Part shown: positions 24,619 through 36,475 of the stretch, piece by piece
How positions within the stretch are numbered: position 1 is the first letter of the stretch
Layout: each line of letters starts with the position of its first letter
NCBI GenBank assembly: GCA_002269645.1
Contig: NIVC01001383.1
Span: forward strand, 51,160 to 115,159
Direction: 5' to 3'
Source: Macrostomum lignano
Lineage: Eukaryota
Length of the DNA stretch: 64,000 nt
Notes under the pieces: model-generated
The model's input: the letters and a program-made list of their open reading frames with translations, nothing else
Database searches by the model: none
Told to the model about the DNA's origin: nothing
Program-made: the position numbers and the translations under genes

Positions 24619-27600
24619 ATGGAGAGTGTATTTCATGAGCAGGTAAGGATGTGAGTCTATTTGTTGGTGTTTATTTATAATGGTGTGGGGTTATTTTGTT
24701 GGCAATGCTTATCCCCACGGTACCATAGGAATAATTTCTGTCTTATTCCAATAGCCATAGTGTGGATCATGCTAAGTGCACGCGAGAAACGACCCAAAGC
24801 TAATTCCCAAAAGCATGCCAACGACAAGCAAATGCATACCAATGCATGCCAATAAATTAAAATTCAAATTGAAAACAAAAAACGTATTTTAAATTGCATT
24901 GTGTAAAACAAAGCAACAAACGATGTACAAAAGAAATGATATATCTTTAAAAACATGTATTTCTCATACATTAATTTATTTAACAGTCTTTATACACTGT
25001 TTATTTACAATAGTTTTTTTCAAAAGTTAAATACAATAATACGTATTTTATGTCTGCTTACCATTGCATTGGCAGCTTTGCCACATCAGGTGCCAGGCAC
25101 GCGGCACGCGGCGCATGCCAGGCACGCCAGTGTATTTATGTAGGCCTAGTGTGCATTATGCATGCCAAATGCACGCCACTTATCTAATCGCATGCCGGTG
25201 CACGCCATTTTTGAAAATGCACGCGGGAAAATTCTTGCGTGCATTACATGATCTACACTATGGTACAATAGTACTGTGGGAATAATTTTTTGCTTATGTG
25301 CATGGCACACTGATAAGATAGCTGGCCCATCTTCTACATATGCTGTGGGAATAATTTAGTTTAGTACCATAGTCAGGTGGCACAGTGTGCGCCAGAATAA
25401 TTTTTTTGGGACGATTTATGCGCCATCTATGCGCCATTTATGCGCCATTTGTGCACTGTCTGTGCACCATCTGTGCGCTGTCTGTGCGCCACTCTTCACA
25501 AGTAGAGTTTTCGAAGAAAGGCCTTCATACAAAAAGCCTTTTTAAAATGTTACATATATTTTCATTTTAAACAAACTTAAATTATACCTACAAATAGAGT
25601 AATGCAAAATTGACGTTTTTAGCAATAATTTATACTAATTTTATTTACTGTTAATTTTAAAGAAGCAAAAAGTTTATCACTGACTTTTTAGACTATACAA
25701 ATCTCCTTTATTTTACCTAAAATTGTTAATTTGCATTACAATTTTCATGCATGTCAGGGACCTTATGCGCCGCAATTATGCGCCGCATGCACTAGGGACC
25801 TCAGTGTGCACCATGATTGTGCACCAAATGCACCAAGGACCCCTTGTGTGCGTCGCGCTTGTGCGCCAATGTGCGCCGAGACCCTTTGTGTGCGTGGGAA
25901 TTTTCCCCCTCAGAGGCCACCTTCCTGACTATGGGTTTAGTACTTACAGTTTAAGTGCAGTATAACAACATAACTTTGCTTGACAATTTGTTTAATAGAA
26001 GTAAAGATTTAATGGCCTTTTTATGAAAAAAATGCTGGTTGTGGTGTTGATCCAGATCAATAGCTTCTTAGTATCCTCAATTCAAATTCCCTTTCAAAAA
26101 GCTATAAACTATTCACGTACAGCATATATATATATATGTAGAAGATATGGCAGCTATCTCGTCAGTGTGCCATGTGGATAAGCAGAAAATTATTCCCACA
26201 GTACCATTGGAATAAGACAGAAATTATTCCTACGGTACCGTGGGGATAAGCACTGCCTATTTTTTTGCCTGTCAGCCTGTTTGCCACTTTTTGTCATCAA
26301 TAGACAAAATGAGTTTTTTAAAAGAAAAAGCAAAATATAGCTATAGAACTTATAAAGCTTTTTTTCTAATGAGATATTGCATGAATAACAAAAAATGACC
26401 CTTCTGGCTTTGGCTTCAATAATAGCCACTTCGGTAATTGCCATTTAGGTAATAAAGCACTATTAGGTCAACACCATAGTCAGGATAATGTACATTTTTG
26501 TGGAAATTCCTGGCGTACAATTGAAAATTTTACTTTTTTGGCATACAATTGGCATAAAAAATGAGGTAAAATATATTTGGCGTACCTTTTGGTGTGACAC
26601 TATGGCATAAATATGCCAAGCAGCATATGCCAACTCCAACATATACCATGACATGATCCTAACTAAGTGGTCAACATTATATCTTTATGGTAGTTAATTT
26701 TAACAACAATTAGTTTAATAATCAGCATTTTAAATATTTTATTGCTACAAGAGGTGTGCAAAAAGTTTTGGCAACTGGGTTCCCAATTGCAGATAAATTG
26801 TTAGTAAATCTTAAAACATTATTAAAGTCCTTCAATGTAATCTCCGCCACATTCTATGCATTTCTGTTGATGGCGGATCCATGCCTCGAAGGCAGCACGG
26901 TACTCTAAGCTGGCATGGTGTTCAGCTCTGAATTAATGCGTCTTGGGGCCGCTGAAAATGGCATCCAGCCATGCGTTCAGTCAGCTTCGGGAATGCCCAG
27001 AAGTCGCAGGGTGCCAAATCAGGACTGTACAGAGGGTGCGGTATCACTTTAAGCTTGTTATCGGCCAAAAAGCTCATTGTCATGGCTGCAGTGTGGCTGG
27101 AGGCATTGTCGTGGTGCAAGTGAATTCTGCCACTTTGGAGGTGGGTTGGCTGCTTTTCCATGACTGAAGCCACAACTTTAGGCAAAACCTTGCCAGTATA
27201 GAAGGTGGCATTGACGTTCTGTGCATTTGGCACCATAACAACTGTCTCTGGCCCGTTGATGCTGAAAAAGACGACAAACATCTGCTTCCTTGAGCGAAAC
27301 CCTGGGTGCAGAACAGTTGGACAGTCTTCATCGGAACCAATCCAAACCTTGTTTTGGTTCTTGTGAGGCACTTGGAAGTAGTAGAACCACTTCTCATCAC
27401 CAGTCACGACATCAGTAAGTTGTTTAGTGCCACCTTTGCCGAAGCATCGCAGAAATTCTTGGTTGCATCGAACCCTCTCCTGCTTCTGCTCTGCTGTCAG
27501 TGCATGAGGTACCCAATGGGCCGTGACCTTGCGGAGGCCAAGATGGTCATGCAAGATGGTTTGGACACTGCCATCAGAAATGCCGATTGTCTGGCTAAGT

Positions 27601-30600
27601 AGTGCAACAGTGATATTGCGATCTTCGTCCACCAGCTGTCGCACAGCAACAATGTTCTGCTTGGTCACAGATGTCATTGGCCTCCCAGAACGAGGGCTGT
27701 TGGTCATGGAGCGTTGAACAGCACTGACCAGCTCAATCCAACGGGCGACGGTGCGGTACAAAGGGGCTTGATCTGCTACAACTTGGACTAGCTTGGCATG
27801 AATTTTGGTGGCATTTTCTCCGAGCTGCGATCGCATGAAAACATAAAATCTCCACTGATCAGCAGTGATATTTTCCATTTGAAGGCTGAAAACGAGACTG
27901 TACGTTAATCAAAATGCTCTAGAAAGCGAAAAAATCAATGCAATGAGCTGAAAATTTATGAACAAACGCAAAATATGGTCATATTTATGAGATTAAAAAA
28001 TGGTTACATTTAAATAAACATTTATTTAAAAAGTTGCCAAGACTTTTTGCGCACCCCTCGTATATGTATTAAATTTTCTGGTTAAACTGTATTTAATTTG
28101 TTTAAACTTGCATGTTAATTTTGTAAAAAAATTGAAAACAAAGAAAATTGAGCAAAGTACCCTTTAAAAATTGAAATTATGAAATAATAATATTATTACT
28201 TAATAGTACTATAATCCTATATACTAAAAATGAGTTGTTTGTATGTATCTAGCTATGCGATAGATTTTTAGAAAAATGGCTCAACCATTTTATATATTGT
28301 AATTACTGTACTATAATACTCTAATTGGATTCTGTAATTTCAAGTTGCTAACTCAAAGACTTTAATGTATGTATTTTGTCAATTATAGGACATCTTTGGT
28401 ATATACATCTGTTACACCTAGAAAAATGGTTCAAACACTTAAACAAGTAGTTTTTTGCATCAGTTAAAATCTCTCAAAGTGTATAAGAATGTATCTCAAT
28501 TAATTTTTTGTCTTCCTTTCCATTTAGTTTAATTGCACATTCTTTTGGAGCATTTCAATCAATCTATGCCTACTATTATTCTCACTTGTTACCAAATCCA
28601 AAATAGCTATTACTGAAGTGGTTGATACTAATGGGGACTATTAACATTGCAATATTAATAAGCTAAAGTCAATTGCTCTGCCAAATCTCTAGGATGGCAG
28701 TTTTGAATATTGCTGAGTATGAAATATTTTTTGTTTATAGTTTTGTACTTAAAATTATATTATCTAAGCCTTTAAAGGTCATGCTTAGGTGTAAAATAAG
28801 GATTCACCTGGCCGTTTCTATTGGCAACACATATATGTAAGTTGCTATTGGACAGAATAGTAGTCACATTACTGCTATCAGCCAATAGCGACTTACATGT
28901 ATGTGTTGCCAATAGAAACGGCCAGGTGATTTTAAAGGTTGCACATGTATGTTAAAGGTAAGCTTATCCTAAACTTAAAAAATGTATTTCTAGAATTACT
29001 TTGGTTATTTCAGTGATTGTAAGCTTGGTGACAGCCATTTTAGGGCCATTCATTTTAATGACAAGTTACTTTGCTTTTCTCTTTCTTGTTAGGCTAAGTT
29101 TACCATTACTATACTCATCAATTACTAGGCATATTAATATTATGCAATATTTGTAGTTATTATTTTGTTAAACAAAAGTATAATTTAGTATCTATAAGTT
29201 CAAAATTATTTTACCTAACCTGAGATCATCTCAAAGATTTCCTTAAAGACTAAGGAATTGCTATTCTCTTAATTATCCTAGCTAATTCTAGTACCTATTT
29301 TATAACTAGGTAAACTAAATTAATACAGAATTAAATATCTTGTTCAAAGACAAAAATTGTTCCAATAGCATTGTGATTAAGAATTAAACCTTCAAACTTT
29401 AAGTTGGAAGTCTGGCACTAACATAGCTAAATAAATACTAGTCTCCTTATTCTCTTATCTTTTTATTTTCCTTATTTTGGACATCATCTCCTTACTCTCC
29501 TTATTTTTAGGGCCTATATCCTTATTTTTATTTTTTATTTTCTTAAGAAAGTTTTTTATTAATTAGTTAAAATAACTATTAAAAATACACATTAATAGTA
29601 ACTTAACTATTAGTAATAGTAATAGTTAACAATAACTATTACTATTACTAAGCAATAATGCAAAAAAATTGGTCTGTTTGTCATATTGGCCATTGAAGCA
29701 GTTAGGTCCTAGCAAGAATAGTAGTAATGGGGTAGCACGAAAAAGTTTTCCAAGATAATCACTAGTATCTAAAAGTGGTTCTAGAATCTCCTTATTTTTT
29801 CTTATTTTGAGAGGCTAAAAAAGCATTGACATATAAATTATCATGTTGCTATTTATCTTAGCTTGCAGTCCTGCCCAACTGCTAATCAAATAAACTTATT
29901 ATTATTTAGCTAGCAATCCTTCTGCTTGATAAATAAGTTTATCACAAAGCTTCTAATATCAACTTTATATACTACATGTTTTAGGGCCTAAGGTGTTGAG
30001 TTAATCAATATATAATGTTTTTATTTATAGTGAATAATTTTATATTATATAAAGTATGTGGCGAGTTGAGCCACGTAAAGTTTATTTGGAAGTAGCAGGG
30101 TGGAGGCGCCCGAGACAAAGGTCTAAAGTTATATAGGCCAGTGGTGTACACTGGGCAGCCAATCAATGCACAGCGACTGTGCACATAGCGCTGGCTGGGG
30201 TTGGGGTGGGCCGGTGGCTGACGGAGCGTGCATGCGCATGTGGTGTGGCTGTATAAATATCTTAAATAAAAAACTATATAGCTAGGTAAATAAATAACAA
30301 GCTATTTTGACTCACAGTAAGGCAGGAATCATTTAATAATTTATGTTTAAAAAGTGTATATGTTGCTTTGTATAAACCGTTTTCTTATTAAATGCAAAAA
30401 AAGAATTGTAAATAATTACTTATGTGAAAATTCACTATTGGTAAAAATTTACATATTTTTTGCAATTTTGAATAACTGTTTGTCATCTACTCGCATAGTA
30501 TGTAGTACACTTCTTGATAGAATAGGCTATCCAACTCGAGTCAAATTTCAACATAATGTAGTCCATTTTTCAACAAGTTTAGTCTAAAAAAAGAAATTTG

Positions 30601-33600
30601 AGCTAACTTTTAGTAAAGCTGAATAAAAATACATGAAGTTCAGTAGCGAGTAGTTTTACTGCTTTATTATTATAGTTGCAATGAAAATCTAATAACTCAG
30701 TGTACTTTTGTCATTTGTCAACCAGGAAATCAGTAGAAAATGTTAATAAATCAGCGCTCTTAGAATTCTTGCATTTCGATAGATTTTTTTGTCTTGTGCC
30801 TGGGATAGTTCTGACTACTGGATGAATTAAATTCTATCAGTAGTCAGAATTGGACATGGACTTCGCTAATCTACCTACTTATTTTATTTTCTTCATCCAC
30901 CCATAAAACAGCAAGACGGCTCGCTGTGCGCCCAGCACTGCCTGAACGCCCTGCTGCAGAGCTCCTACTTCACCGCTGTGGATCTGGGCGCTATCGCCAA
31001 CGAGATGGACCAGGCCGAGCGGGAGCATATGGCCGCGCGAGGCGTTGAGACAGAAGAATATCAACAATTTGTTCAACAGGGCTCGTCTAATATGGATGAT
31101 AGCGGCTTCTTCTCAGTGCAGGTGGGCTTTTAGTCGGCTTATACACTGTAATTACTGCCCAACTCTTATCTGTCTCAAAGCCTGTCCCTGACTCTCAAAG
31201 CTTGTCGCTGACTGTCTGTCTTAAAGCCTGTCCCTGACTCTGTCTTAAAGCCTGTCCCTGTCTGTCTCAAAGCCTGTCCCTGTCTGTCTCCGAGCCTGTC
31301 CCTGTCTCTCAAAGCTTGTCGCTGACTGTCTCCGAGCCTGTCCCTGTCTGTCTAAAAACCTGTCCCTGTCTGTCTCCGAGCCTGTCCTTGTCTGTCTCCG
31401 AGCCTGTCCCTGTCTGTCTAAAAGCCTGTCCCTGTCTGTCTCCGAGCCTGTCCCTGACTCTCAAAGCTTGTCGCTGACTGTCTCAAAGCCTGTCCCTGAC
31501 TGTCTCAAAGCCTGTCCCTGTCTGTCTCAAAGCCTTTCCCTGAATGTCTGTCTCAAAACCTGTCCCTGTCTGTCTAAAAACCTGTCCCTGTCTGTCTCAA
31601 AGCCTGTCCCTGTCTGTCTCAAAACCTGTCGCTGTCTGTCTTCGAGCCTGTCCCTGACTCTCAAAGCCTGTCCCTGTGTCTCAAAGCCTGTCCCTGTCTG
31701 TCTCAAAGCCTGTCCCTGTCTGTCTCCGAGCCTGTCCCTGACTCTCAAAGCCTGTCCCTGTGTCTCAAAGCCTGTCTGATAGATACAATAAAGCCCGAGC
31801 TTGACTGTATCTTAAATTGAGGCAGGACAATGCAAGTCTGTCACACTATTTTAAAGTAAATCTCAAAATCCCACCCGTGACTATCTCTAACCATTGATTA
31901 TCTACAGGTGCTGGCCAGCGCTCTAGCCGTGTGGGACCTGGAGCTGGTGCCGTTAAGCAAACGCGACCACCCAACAGCCCAGCGGGCCCGAGATGATCCA
32001 ACAGCGGTGTCGGCTTACATTTGCAACTTTCGCGAGCACTGGTTCACTATTCGTCGTCTAGGCTCTCAGTGGTTTAATTTAAATAGCCTGCTCAGCGGGC
32101 CGGAGCTCATCTCCGAGTCCTATTTGACATTGTTTTTGGCTCAGTTGCGCCAGGAAGGCTACACTATATTTATTGTAGTTGGCAGTCTACCGCTTTGCGA
32201 AGCCGACCAGGTGCTGTCGGTGACACCTGCTGTCCAGCGGGAGCGACCAAAACTTCTCAGAGCTCCTGGTGAGATACCGCAACTTCTTAGATCTGAGAAT
32301 CGTTCCTGATTTCTAAACTGTCGCTTTTCCTGAACCAACAGCCTGAGCTTAGTCCCTGAACCTGAACTAACAGCCCGAGCTTAGTCCCTGAACCTGAACT
32401 AACAGCCCGAGCTTAGTCCCTAAACCTGAACTAACAGCCCGAGCTTAGTTCTTGAACCTGATCTAACAGCCTGAGCTTAGTTCTTGAACCTGATCTAACA
32501 GCCTGAGCTTAGTTCTTGAACCTGATCTAACAGCCTGAGCTTAGTTCTTGAACCTGATCTAACAGCCTGAGCTTAGTTCTTGAACCTGATCTAACAGCCT
32601 GAGCTTAGTTCTTGAACCTGATCTAACAGCCTGAGCTTAGTTCTTGAACCTGATCTAACAGCCTGAGCTTAGTTCTTGAACCTGATCTAACAGCCTGAGC
32701 TTAGTTCTTGAACCTGATCTAACAGCCTGAGCTTAGTTCTTGAACCTGAACTAACAGCCTGAGCTTAGTTCTTGAACCTGATCTAACAGCCTGAGCTTAG
32801 TTCTTGAACCTGATCTAACAGCCTGAGCTTAGTTCTTGAACCTGATCTAACAGCCTGAGCTTAGTTCTTGAACCTGAACTAACAGCCTGAGCTTAGTTCT
32901 TGAACCTGAACTAACAGCCTGAGCTTAGTTCTTGAACCTGAACTAACAGCCTGAGCTTAGTTCTTGAACCTGAACTAACAGCCTAAGCTTAGTTCTTGAA
33001 CCTGAACTAACAGCCTGAGCTTAGTTCTTGAACCTGATCTAACAGCCTGAGCTTAGTTCTTGAACCTGATCTAACAGCCTGAGCTTAGTTCTTGAACCTG
33101 ATCTAACAGCCTGAGCTTAGTTCTTGAACCTGATCTAACAGCCCGAGCTTAGTTCTTGAACCTGATCTAACAGCCCGAGCTTAGTTCTTGAACCTGATCC
33201 TTAGCCATTACAACGCCTTTAAAATGCCCCCCGTTAACTTTAGGCCGCAACCGGTCCAGGCAAGGCGCCGGCTCCTCCTCCGCCGCCCCGCCCTACGCCG
33301 CCGCACAAGATGACGAAGCCGAAGACGACGAGCTACGCCGAGCTCTGGAGATCAGCCGCCAACTGCACGACAGCGGCGACGTCTCGTTGCAGCGCGCCTT
33401 GGCTGAGACTCGACCGCCCGGAGCGCAGGCGGCCGCCATCAGCGACCAGGATCTTCAACGGGCACTGGAGCTCAGCCGGCAGACTGCCGAAGATGACGCT
33501 AGCCTTCAGCAGGCTCTGGCGCTCAGCCTATTGTCCGAGGATGAAGCATTCGGTCAGGCGGATGATCAGCGAAGGCCTCCGACGACGACGACAACGACGG

Positions 33601-33731
33601 GGTCGACGGGGACTGAAGCGACAACTGTCGCCCCTGTCGAAGATTTGCGTCAACGGCGTGCAAAATTTCTCGACCAACTGGAGAAGAAGACGGCCGAAGG
33701 CGGCGGCGGCGGCGGCGGCGGAAATGATTAG
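24619..33731 (+). CDS. ATXN3: Ataxin-3 (Josephin deubiquitinase with UIMs), 360 aa; exons 24619..24642, 30912..31121, 31908..32268, 33244..33731
   Basis: MESVFHEQ|QDGSLCAQHCLN (catalytic Cys), NMDDSGFFSVQ|V, EHWFTIRRLGSQWFNLNSLLSGP (His/Asn), three UIM-like helices and a VCP-binding-like DLRQRRAKF. Intron phases 0, 0, 1 are consistent. Confidence 0.94.
24755..25263. mobile_element. 509-bp MITE with CCATAGTG...CACTATGG termini and an 8-bp TSD
   Basis: TIRs CCATAGTGTGGATCATG and CATGATCTACACTATGG; flanks TCCAATAG and TACAATAG. Confidence 0.75.
25367..25934. mobile_element. 568-bp MITE with CCATAGTCAGG...CCTGACTATGG termini and a perfect 8-bp TSD
   Basis: 11-bp perfect TIR; GTTTAGTA on both sides (25359-25366 and 25935-25942). 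Confidence 0.85.
26474..26670. mobile_element. Short degenerate CCATAG-family MITE
   Basis: Left end CCATAGTCAGGATAATG, imperfect right end CATGATCCTAACTAAGTGG; GGTCAACA appears at both flanks, overlapping the right end. Confidence 0.45.
26748..28060 (-). mobile_element. Mariner (DD34D) DNA transposon, 1313 bp, in ATXN3 intron 1
   Basis: 29-bp TIRs (CAAGAGGTGTGCAAAAAGTTTTGGCAACT; 4 mismatches between ends) with a TA duplication on both sides. Confidence 0.92.
26822..27878 (-). pseudogene. Mariner transposase, frameshifted near the C-terminus
   Basis: WVPHALT, TGDEKW, HHDNA and YSPDLAPCD motifs. The frame stops at 26922, while the typical tail (AFEAWIRHQQKCIECGGDYIEGL*) continues in another frame to 26822. 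Confidence 0.88.
28804..28929. other. Long inverted repeat / hairpin (48-bp outer stem plus 8-bp inner stem)
   Basis: 28804..28851 pairs with 28882..28929 with two T:G mismatches; CAC...GTG termini are flanked by ATT on both sides. Confidence 0.85.
31170..31778. repeat. ~20-24-bp degenerate minisatellite (TCTGTCTCAAAGCCTGTCCCTG)n in ATXN3 intron 2
   Basis: Direct periodicity. Confidence 0.9.
32335..33199. repeat. 32-bp minisatellite (CCTGAGCTTAGTTCTTGAACCTGATCTAACAG)n in ATXN3 intron 3
   Basis: Period 32 (for example ATCTAAC at 32461 and 32493). Confidence 0.96.
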
Positions 33732-34282
33732 CTATAGGAATATATATAAATTTACACCCACAGGTTGCTGTAACGGTGCCATTGTTTGTCCTTTACTTTT
33801 ATACTGATTAAAATGTGTGCGTGCGCCGTGTGTTTATATTCATTCAGATCTTACTAATTTGTTGTGACCTTGTCTGTGCCTTTTTTAGTATTGCCTACAT
33901 GCTTATATACTGGGAATTAGCACTTTTCAGAGTGAGAATTGAATCATTTCTACGGATATCATTCAGGATTCTAAGTTCTATTAGCTGTTTCGCTTTTTAA
34001 ACCATTGTCTCCCCTCACTTAGATTGATGGCGATTTCTTCGTCAGAAAAATATTGCTATTTTATTATTCCTTACTGCAGTCATGTTTTATAAACTCACCC
34101 TCCTACCAATTTCGTTGCTTACTACATATGCATCATTATAATATTATTGCCCATTTCTAAATAATGTAAGTACCTGATTATTCAAGTATGAGCCTATAAT
34201 AACCGGTTTTTTAATTTAACTATTGCATTGGATAAATGCTTAAACTGCGTTCTAACTATTTTTGCTTTTTTGGAGCAAAATG

Positions 34283-34808
34283 TGGGATTTTAGTGAGCCA
34301 AGGTGTGGGATTTTAGTGAGCCATGGTGTGGGATTTTAGTGAGCCATGGTGTGGGGATTTTAGTGAGCCATGGTGTGGGGATTTTAGTGAGCCATGGTGT
34401 GGGATTCTTCAGTAAGCTATGGTGTGGGATTCATCAGTAACTTAACGTGTGGGATTCATCAGTAAGCCAAGGTGTGGGATTCTTCAGTAAGCTATGGTGT
34501 GGGATTCATCAGTAACTTAACGTGTGGGATTCATCAGTAACCCAAGGTGTGGGATTCATCAGTAACTTAACGTGTGGGATTCATCAGTAACCCAAGGTGT
34601 GGGATTCTTCAGTAACTTAACGTGTGGGATTCATCAGTAACCCAAGGTGTGGGATTCTTCAGTAACTTAACGTGTGGGATTCATCAGTAAGCCAAAGTGT
34701 GGGATTCTTCAGTAACTTAACGTGTGGGATTCATCAGTAACCCAAGGTGTGGGATTCTTCAGTAACTTAACGTGTGGGATTCATCAGTAAGCCAAAGTGT
34801 GGGATTCA
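34283..34808. repeat. Compound 22-25-bp minisatellite built on GTGTGGGATT
   Basis: GTGGGATTTTAGTGAGCCATG units change to GTGTGGGATTCATCAGTAACTTAAC units. Confidence 0.9.
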
Positions 34809-34899
34809 TAATTAATTCAAAAATTGTGAAGTAAAAACTTCGACAGCAAAGTCCAAATTCTTGCAACTATATTTGGCACAAATTCTAATAACCATATTC

Positions 34900-35550
34900 A
34901 TGAGACTCGGCATTATGTTCCCACTAATTCGGCGTTTATTTTCAACTGGCACATATCGCGTCCCGGCGCCGCCGCCGGCCGCTATGCTGCCCTCGAAGCC
35001 GGAGATGGCGCCGGTAACGCCGCCGCATCACAGCAGCCCGGAAGTTGAGCAACTGCTGGCTAACGAACTGTGCGGCTATCCGCCCTATAGGCAGCGTAGA
35101 ATTCGAAACGGCTTCCCCAGTTGGGCAACTATTCGAGATGAAAAACGGCGCCGGGTTACGGAGCATTTCGATGCGCTTCGGGCCCGATTGGTCGCTCTGA
35201 AGCGCACCAGGATATTGCCGGCCGACATCACGGATCAGGCGGCGGCCCAGCTGCACCAGCTGCCTAGAGATTCTTGCTTTACTAGGATTAACCGGCGCTG
35301 CATCATGACTGGCAGGCGTAGGGGCGTGCAAAACGAATGGCGAATCAGTCGGATTATGTTTAGAAAGTTTGCCGACAACAATCAGCTGGGCGGCGTGCTG
35401 CCAGCTAAATGGTCCACGCAGTGCTTCAGCGCTCGGAAGCATCTGCATTGGCCGCCGCCGGAGGGCCTGACTGTGGAGCAGTACATGGATAGGTACTATC
35501 GGTATCTGCGGGATAAGGATCCTCTTTATCCCAGATATGTTAAACCCTGA
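34900..35550 (+). CDS. MRPS14: Mitochondrial ribosomal protein uS14m with N- and C-terminal extensions, intronless (alternative ATG at 34915)
   Basis: W-TIRDEKRRR, LPRDSC-TRINRRC-MTGRRRG, WRISRIMFRKFAD and GGVLPAKW align with the S14 core. Confidence 0.88.
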   Translation: MRLGIMFPLIRRLFSTGTYRVPAPPPAAMLPSKPEMAPVTPPHHSSPEVEQLLANELCGYPPYRQRRIRNGFPSWATIRDEKRRRVTEHFDALRARLVALKRTRILPADITDQAAAQLHQLPRDSCFTRINRRCIMTGRRRGVQNEWRISRIMFRKFADNNQLGGVLPAKWSTQCFSARKHLHWPPPEGLTVEQYMDRYYRYLRDKDPLYPRYVKP

Positions 35551-35619
35551 TCGGGACAATTCAGCTATTTTGTAACTCGTTTTTCTCTGAACTAGCGGCT
35601 TTATTATTATATAGGTTTT

Positions 35620-35752
35620 ATCTGGCTGTCTGGTCTGGTGTAGCTAGATCTGGTCTAGACTGATCCTGTCTGGTCTGGTGTAGCTAGATCTGGTCTAGAT
35701 CTAGATCCTGTCTGGTCTGGTGTAGCTCTAGATCTGGTCTAGATCTAGATAG
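35620..35752. repeat. Short tandem repeat (TGTCTGGTCTGGTGTAGCTAGATCTGGTCTAGA)x3
   Basis: Three imperfect direct copies. Confidence 0.75.
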
Positions 35753-36475
35753 TATGGTCTGTTGTGTCCTATGTCTGATGTTAAGATCTTGTCTGAACTA
35801 TTACAATTTTAACTCTTGGTGTAAAACGGTCCGACTTGAAAAAGAATAATGTGTTAATCTGGTTAATATAATTGTTTAAGCTCTACTTCTATATAGTCCA
35901 AGTGTAACCATTAGTTGTTTGATTATTTTCACAATATGTCAGTTTTTGTAGCTGCTAAATAGTTGAACATGGTTTGAATAAAAATGATATAAATTATAAA
36001 TACGAGCGTCATAATTGTTAATTTCTTCCCAGTGACAACGGTTAGCGATTGTGTTATTGATTTTCTTAGATTTATAAATATTTCTGCAGCTACGAGCGTA
36101 GGCCTCGAGCTAAGCCAGGATTTAGAGGAAAAATTATTCAAAATTCTATAGCACAAAATCTTTTTTGCTCAGGTGCAAGTTGGGCATGCGTCATATTTAA
36201 AAATTATGAAATATAATTGACTAGAAATCTATTCGCTTTCTGCCTTCTTGTTCCGGCTTTTCTTTGCTCTTTCGGGGCGGCATCTGCTTAAACTGAATTT
36301 CTGATTTTCTCTTCAAACTTCTTCAAACAGGCTTTAAAAAGATTAGCTCTCTTTTAAATCAGAAAATTTCTTTTAAGTAGCAGCTGAAGTCGCGGAATCA
36401 GTGCTTTGATGTCCGGGAGACCAGGTGAGGTCCGTCGAGTAATCATCTTGTTTTTCGCCCTGAAAGGATTAGTCT

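Larger units (their letters stand above)
24701..26257. mobile_element. Non-autonomous TIR element (Mutator-like, 9-bp TSD) interrupted by two nested MITEs
   Basis: GGCAATGCTTATCCCCACGGTACCATAGGAATAATTTCTGTCTTATTCCAAT at the left end is inverted at 26257; flanks TATTTTGTT and TATTTTTTT. The left TIR resumes at about 25272 after an insertion. Confidence 0.75.

Noticed and set aside
29400-29882. Possible old TIR element (AGTTGG...CCAACT ends with internal CTCCTTATTT repeats)
   Set aside because: The ends match poorly and no target-site duplication is evident.
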